A stretch of DNA of 64,000 bases from Prevotella sp. (GTDB lineage: Bacteria; Bacteroidota; Bacteroidia; Bacteroidales; Bacteroidaceae), in the NCBI GenBank assembly GCA_017618275.1, contig JAFZUS010000111.1, forward strand, positions 39,573-103,572, in the 5' to 3' direction. Position 1 is the stretch's first letter. The number at the start of each line of letters is the position of its first letter. Positions 61,874-64,000 of this stretch are shown in pieces. The translations under genes and the position numbers were made by a program. Below the pieces are notes generated by a model. It saw only the letters and a program-made list of their open reading frames with translations. It was not told the origin of the DNA and did no database searches.

Positions 61874-64000
61874 ATGAATGTATTGAAGAAGTGCCTGCCT
61901 GATGTGTTGGCAGTGCTGTTGTTTGTGGTTTTGGCCTTTGCCTATTTTTTCCCTGCCGATATCGAGGGACGTATCCTGTTCCGTCACGATGCCTCAGCAG
62001 GACGTGGTGCAGGGCAAGAAGGCATTGAGTATCTGCAGAAGACAGGCGAACGCTCGCGTTGGACGAACGCCCTTTTCGGCGGTATGCCGACGTATCAGAT
62101 GGCACCCTCGTATAAGTCGACAGACAAGTTGCAGCAGGTCATCAACGCTTGGCACCTGTGGCTGCCGGAGAATGTGTGGTATGTCTTTGCCTATCTGCTT
62201 GGTTTCTATATCTTGCTCCGTGCGTTTGACTTCCGTCAGCATCTGGCTGCCCTTGGCTCCATCCTTTGGGCTTTCTCTACCTATTTCCTGATTATCATCG
62301 CTGCCGGCCACATCTGGAAGGTGTGGGCATTGGCTTACCTGCCGCCGATGATTGCGGGTCTTGTGCTCGCCTATCGGGGGAAATACCTTTGGGGCTTTAT
62401 CGTGACGGCTATCTTCACGGCCTTCGAGATTAATGCCAACCATGTGCAGATGACGTATTACTATGGGTTTATCATGCTCTTCCTTATCATCGCCTGGCTT
62501 GTCGAGGCGGTACGTGAAGGGCAGATGGCGCGATTTGTCAAGGCCACAGCCGTCAGCCTCGCTGCCGTCGCCATTGGCGTGTGTCTGAACCTGTCGAATC
62601 TCTACCACACATGGCAGTATGGTCAGGAGTCGATGCGCGGCAAGAGCGAACTGGTGAAGCAGAACTCGGCCAACCAGACCAGTAGCGGTCTGGAGCGCGA
62701 CTATATCACGCAGTGGAGTTACGGCATCGGCGAGACGTGGACGTTGCTCGTGCCGAACACAAAGGGTGGTGCCTCGGTACCGCTGAGTCGCAACGAGACG
62801 GCGATGGCAAAGGCCGACAATAATTTCTTAGCCATCTACGACCAGATAGGACAGTATTGGGGTGAACAGCCAGGCACCAGCGGACCGGTCTATGTCGGCG
62901 CGTTTGTGGTGTTCCTTTTCATCCTTGGATTGTTCATCGTGAAGGGACCGATAAAATGGGCATTGCTGGCTGCTACCATCCTTTCGATTATGCTCTCATG
63001 GGGCAAGAACTTCATGGGATTGACGGACTTCTTTCTCGACTACGTGCCGATGTATGCCAAGTTCCGTACGGTGGCCTCGATACTGGTTATCGCTGAATTC
63101 ACCATCCCCTTGCTGGCTATGCTGGCTTTGAAAAAGTTCCTTGAAGAACCCGAACAGATGAAGCCTAGGATGAAATATGTGGGTATCAGTTTCCTCCTGA
63201 CGGGCGGTATCGCCATGCTCTTCTCGCTGATGCCATCAATGTTCTTCAGCAGTTTTATCTCTACGAGTGAGTTGCAGGCCTTGCAAGGTCTGCCTGGCGA
63301 GTACCTGCAGCCTGTGATGACCAACCTGACGGAGATGCGTCAGGCCATGTTCACCAGCGATGCCCTGCGTTCGTTCTATATCATCCTGGTGGGTACGGGC
63401 ATCCTGCTGGCAGTTGCATACGGTAAACTGAAGAAGGAGTATGCCGTCTCCATCATTCTGGTGCTCTGTCTAGTGGATCTGTGGACGGTCAACAAACGCT
63501 ATCTGAACGACGAGATGTTCGTGCCCAAGAGCGATCGTGAGGCCCCGCAACAGATGACGCAGACCGACGAGCAAATCCTGCACGACAAGAGCCTTGACTA
63601 TCGTGTGCTGAACCTTGCTTCGAACACGTTCAACGAGAATGAGACTTCCTACTACCATAAGAGCATTGGTGGTTATCATGCTGCCAAGTTGCGCCGTTAT
63701 CAGGAGATGATTGAGCAGTATATCTCGCCGGAGATGCAGCAGATGATGAATGCTGTGGCTGAGGCAGGCGGTGATATGACTCAGGTGGCGGGCGACAGCA
63801 TCTTCCCCGTGCTTAACATGCTCAATACGAAGTATATTATCTTCCCGTTGCAGGGCGGACAGACCGTGCCTCTGCAGAATCCCTATACCTACGGCAATGC
63901 GTGGTTCGTTGACAAGATCCAGTATGTGCAGAATGCCAATGAAGAGATACTTGGCGTAGGAAAAATCAATCTGCGCCATGAAGCCGTGGCCGATGCGAAA
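61874..64000 (+). CDS. YfhO-family polytopic membrane protein (3' end beyond the window)
   Basis: Absent from the ORF track because it has no stop in the window. I translated the frame by hand from the ATG at 61874 to base 64000 (709 codons, no stop): MNVLKKCLPDVLAVLLFVVLAFAYFFPADIEGRILFRHD...WTNALFGGMPTYQMAPSY... Many hydrophobic helices; resembles Bacteroidota YfhO-like glycosyltransferase-type proteins. Confidence 0.8.
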   Translation, partial: MNVLKKCLPDVLAVLLFVVLAFAYFFPADIEGRILFRHDASAGRGAGQEGIEYLQKTGERSRWTNALFGGMPTYQMAPSYKSTDKLQQVINAWHLWLPENVWYVFAYLLGFYILLRAFDFRQHLAALGSILWAFSTYFLIIIAAGHIWKVWALAYLPPMIAGLVLAYRGKYLWGFIVTAIFTAFEINANHVQMTYYYGFIMLFLIIAWLVEAVREGQMARFVKATAVSLAAVAIGVCLNLSNLYHTWQYGQESMRGKSELVKQNSANQTSSGLERDYITQWSYGIGETWTLLVPNTKGGASVPLSRNETAMAKADNNFLAIYDQIGQYWGEQPGTSGPVYVGAFVVFLFILGLFIVKGPIKWALLAATILSIMLSWGKNFMGLTDFFLDYVPMYAKFRTVASILVIAEFTIPLLAMLALKKFLEEPEQMKPRMKYVGISFLLTGGIAMLFSLMPSMFFSSFISTSELQALQGLPGEYLQPVMTNLTEMRQAMFTSDALRSFYIILVGTGILLAVAYGKLKKEYAVSIILVLCLVDLWTVNKRYLNDEMFVPKSDREAPQQMTQTDEQILHDKSLDYRVLNLASNTFNENETSYYHKSIGGYHAAKLRRYQEMIEQYISPEMQQMMNAVAEAGGDMTQVAGDSIFPVLNMLNTKYIIFPLQGGQTVPLQNPYTYGNAWFVDKIQYVQNANEEILGVGKINLRHEAVADAK

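Noticed and set aside
61902-62608. ORF-track entries 61902-62291 (+) and 61994-62608 (-)
   Set aside because: They overlap a much longer open frame (61874 to the window end), which I translated by hand and which looks like a YfhO-type membrane protein.

Overview
The window looks like a Bacteroidota (Prevotella/Segatella-like) chromosome segment. TAnnTTTG -7 promoter boxes precede most genes, and two giant surface proteins end in T9SS-type C-terminal sorting domains. The right part (about 41-64 kb) is ordinary housekeeping: cysS, U32 peptidase, sufE-like, rpoN, purE, ispG, a SpoIIE/PP2C phosphatase, cobB, three tandem FKBP PPIases, an Lrp/AsnC regulator, luxS, mtnN, a TrmH-family methyltransferase and a YfhO-like gene.

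The left ~24 kb is an accessory conflict island that is visibly more AT-rich than the rest. It holds:
- a 5'-truncated WD40 propeller gene;
- a 71-aa peptide with four 11-aa repeats that are identical in protein but differ at synonymous DNA positions;
- a tightly packed co-directional five-gene cluster (2364-12260);
- a GC-richer VirE-like primase/helicase cassette that appears inserted;
- a second DUF4062-like/TPR gene;
- an RHS/YD toxin operon with a YD-dockerin mini-protein and candidate immunity genes.

The five-gene cluster encodes a polytopic membrane protein with Rossmann-like modules and a C-terminal RyR-like domain, a DUF4062-NACHT-TPR STAND NTPase, a stand-alone RyR-domain protein, a TIR-X-hexapeptide-acyltransferase fusion, and a second RyR paralog. 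It is my main candidate for an undescribed defence system.

The middle of the window carries a dockerin-bearing BspA-type LRR protein next to a 2692-aa cohesin-like/CARDB/Calx-beta adhesin.

Other oddities:
- a 7-bp tandem duplication that breaks the cysS frame;
- families of 7-10-nt periodic microsatellites sitting on stop codons, start codons, a signal peptide and inside ispG.

I found no rRNA, tRNA, CRISPR array, integrase or transposase. All calls come from reading the sequence and the ORF track; no searches or numeric computations were run.
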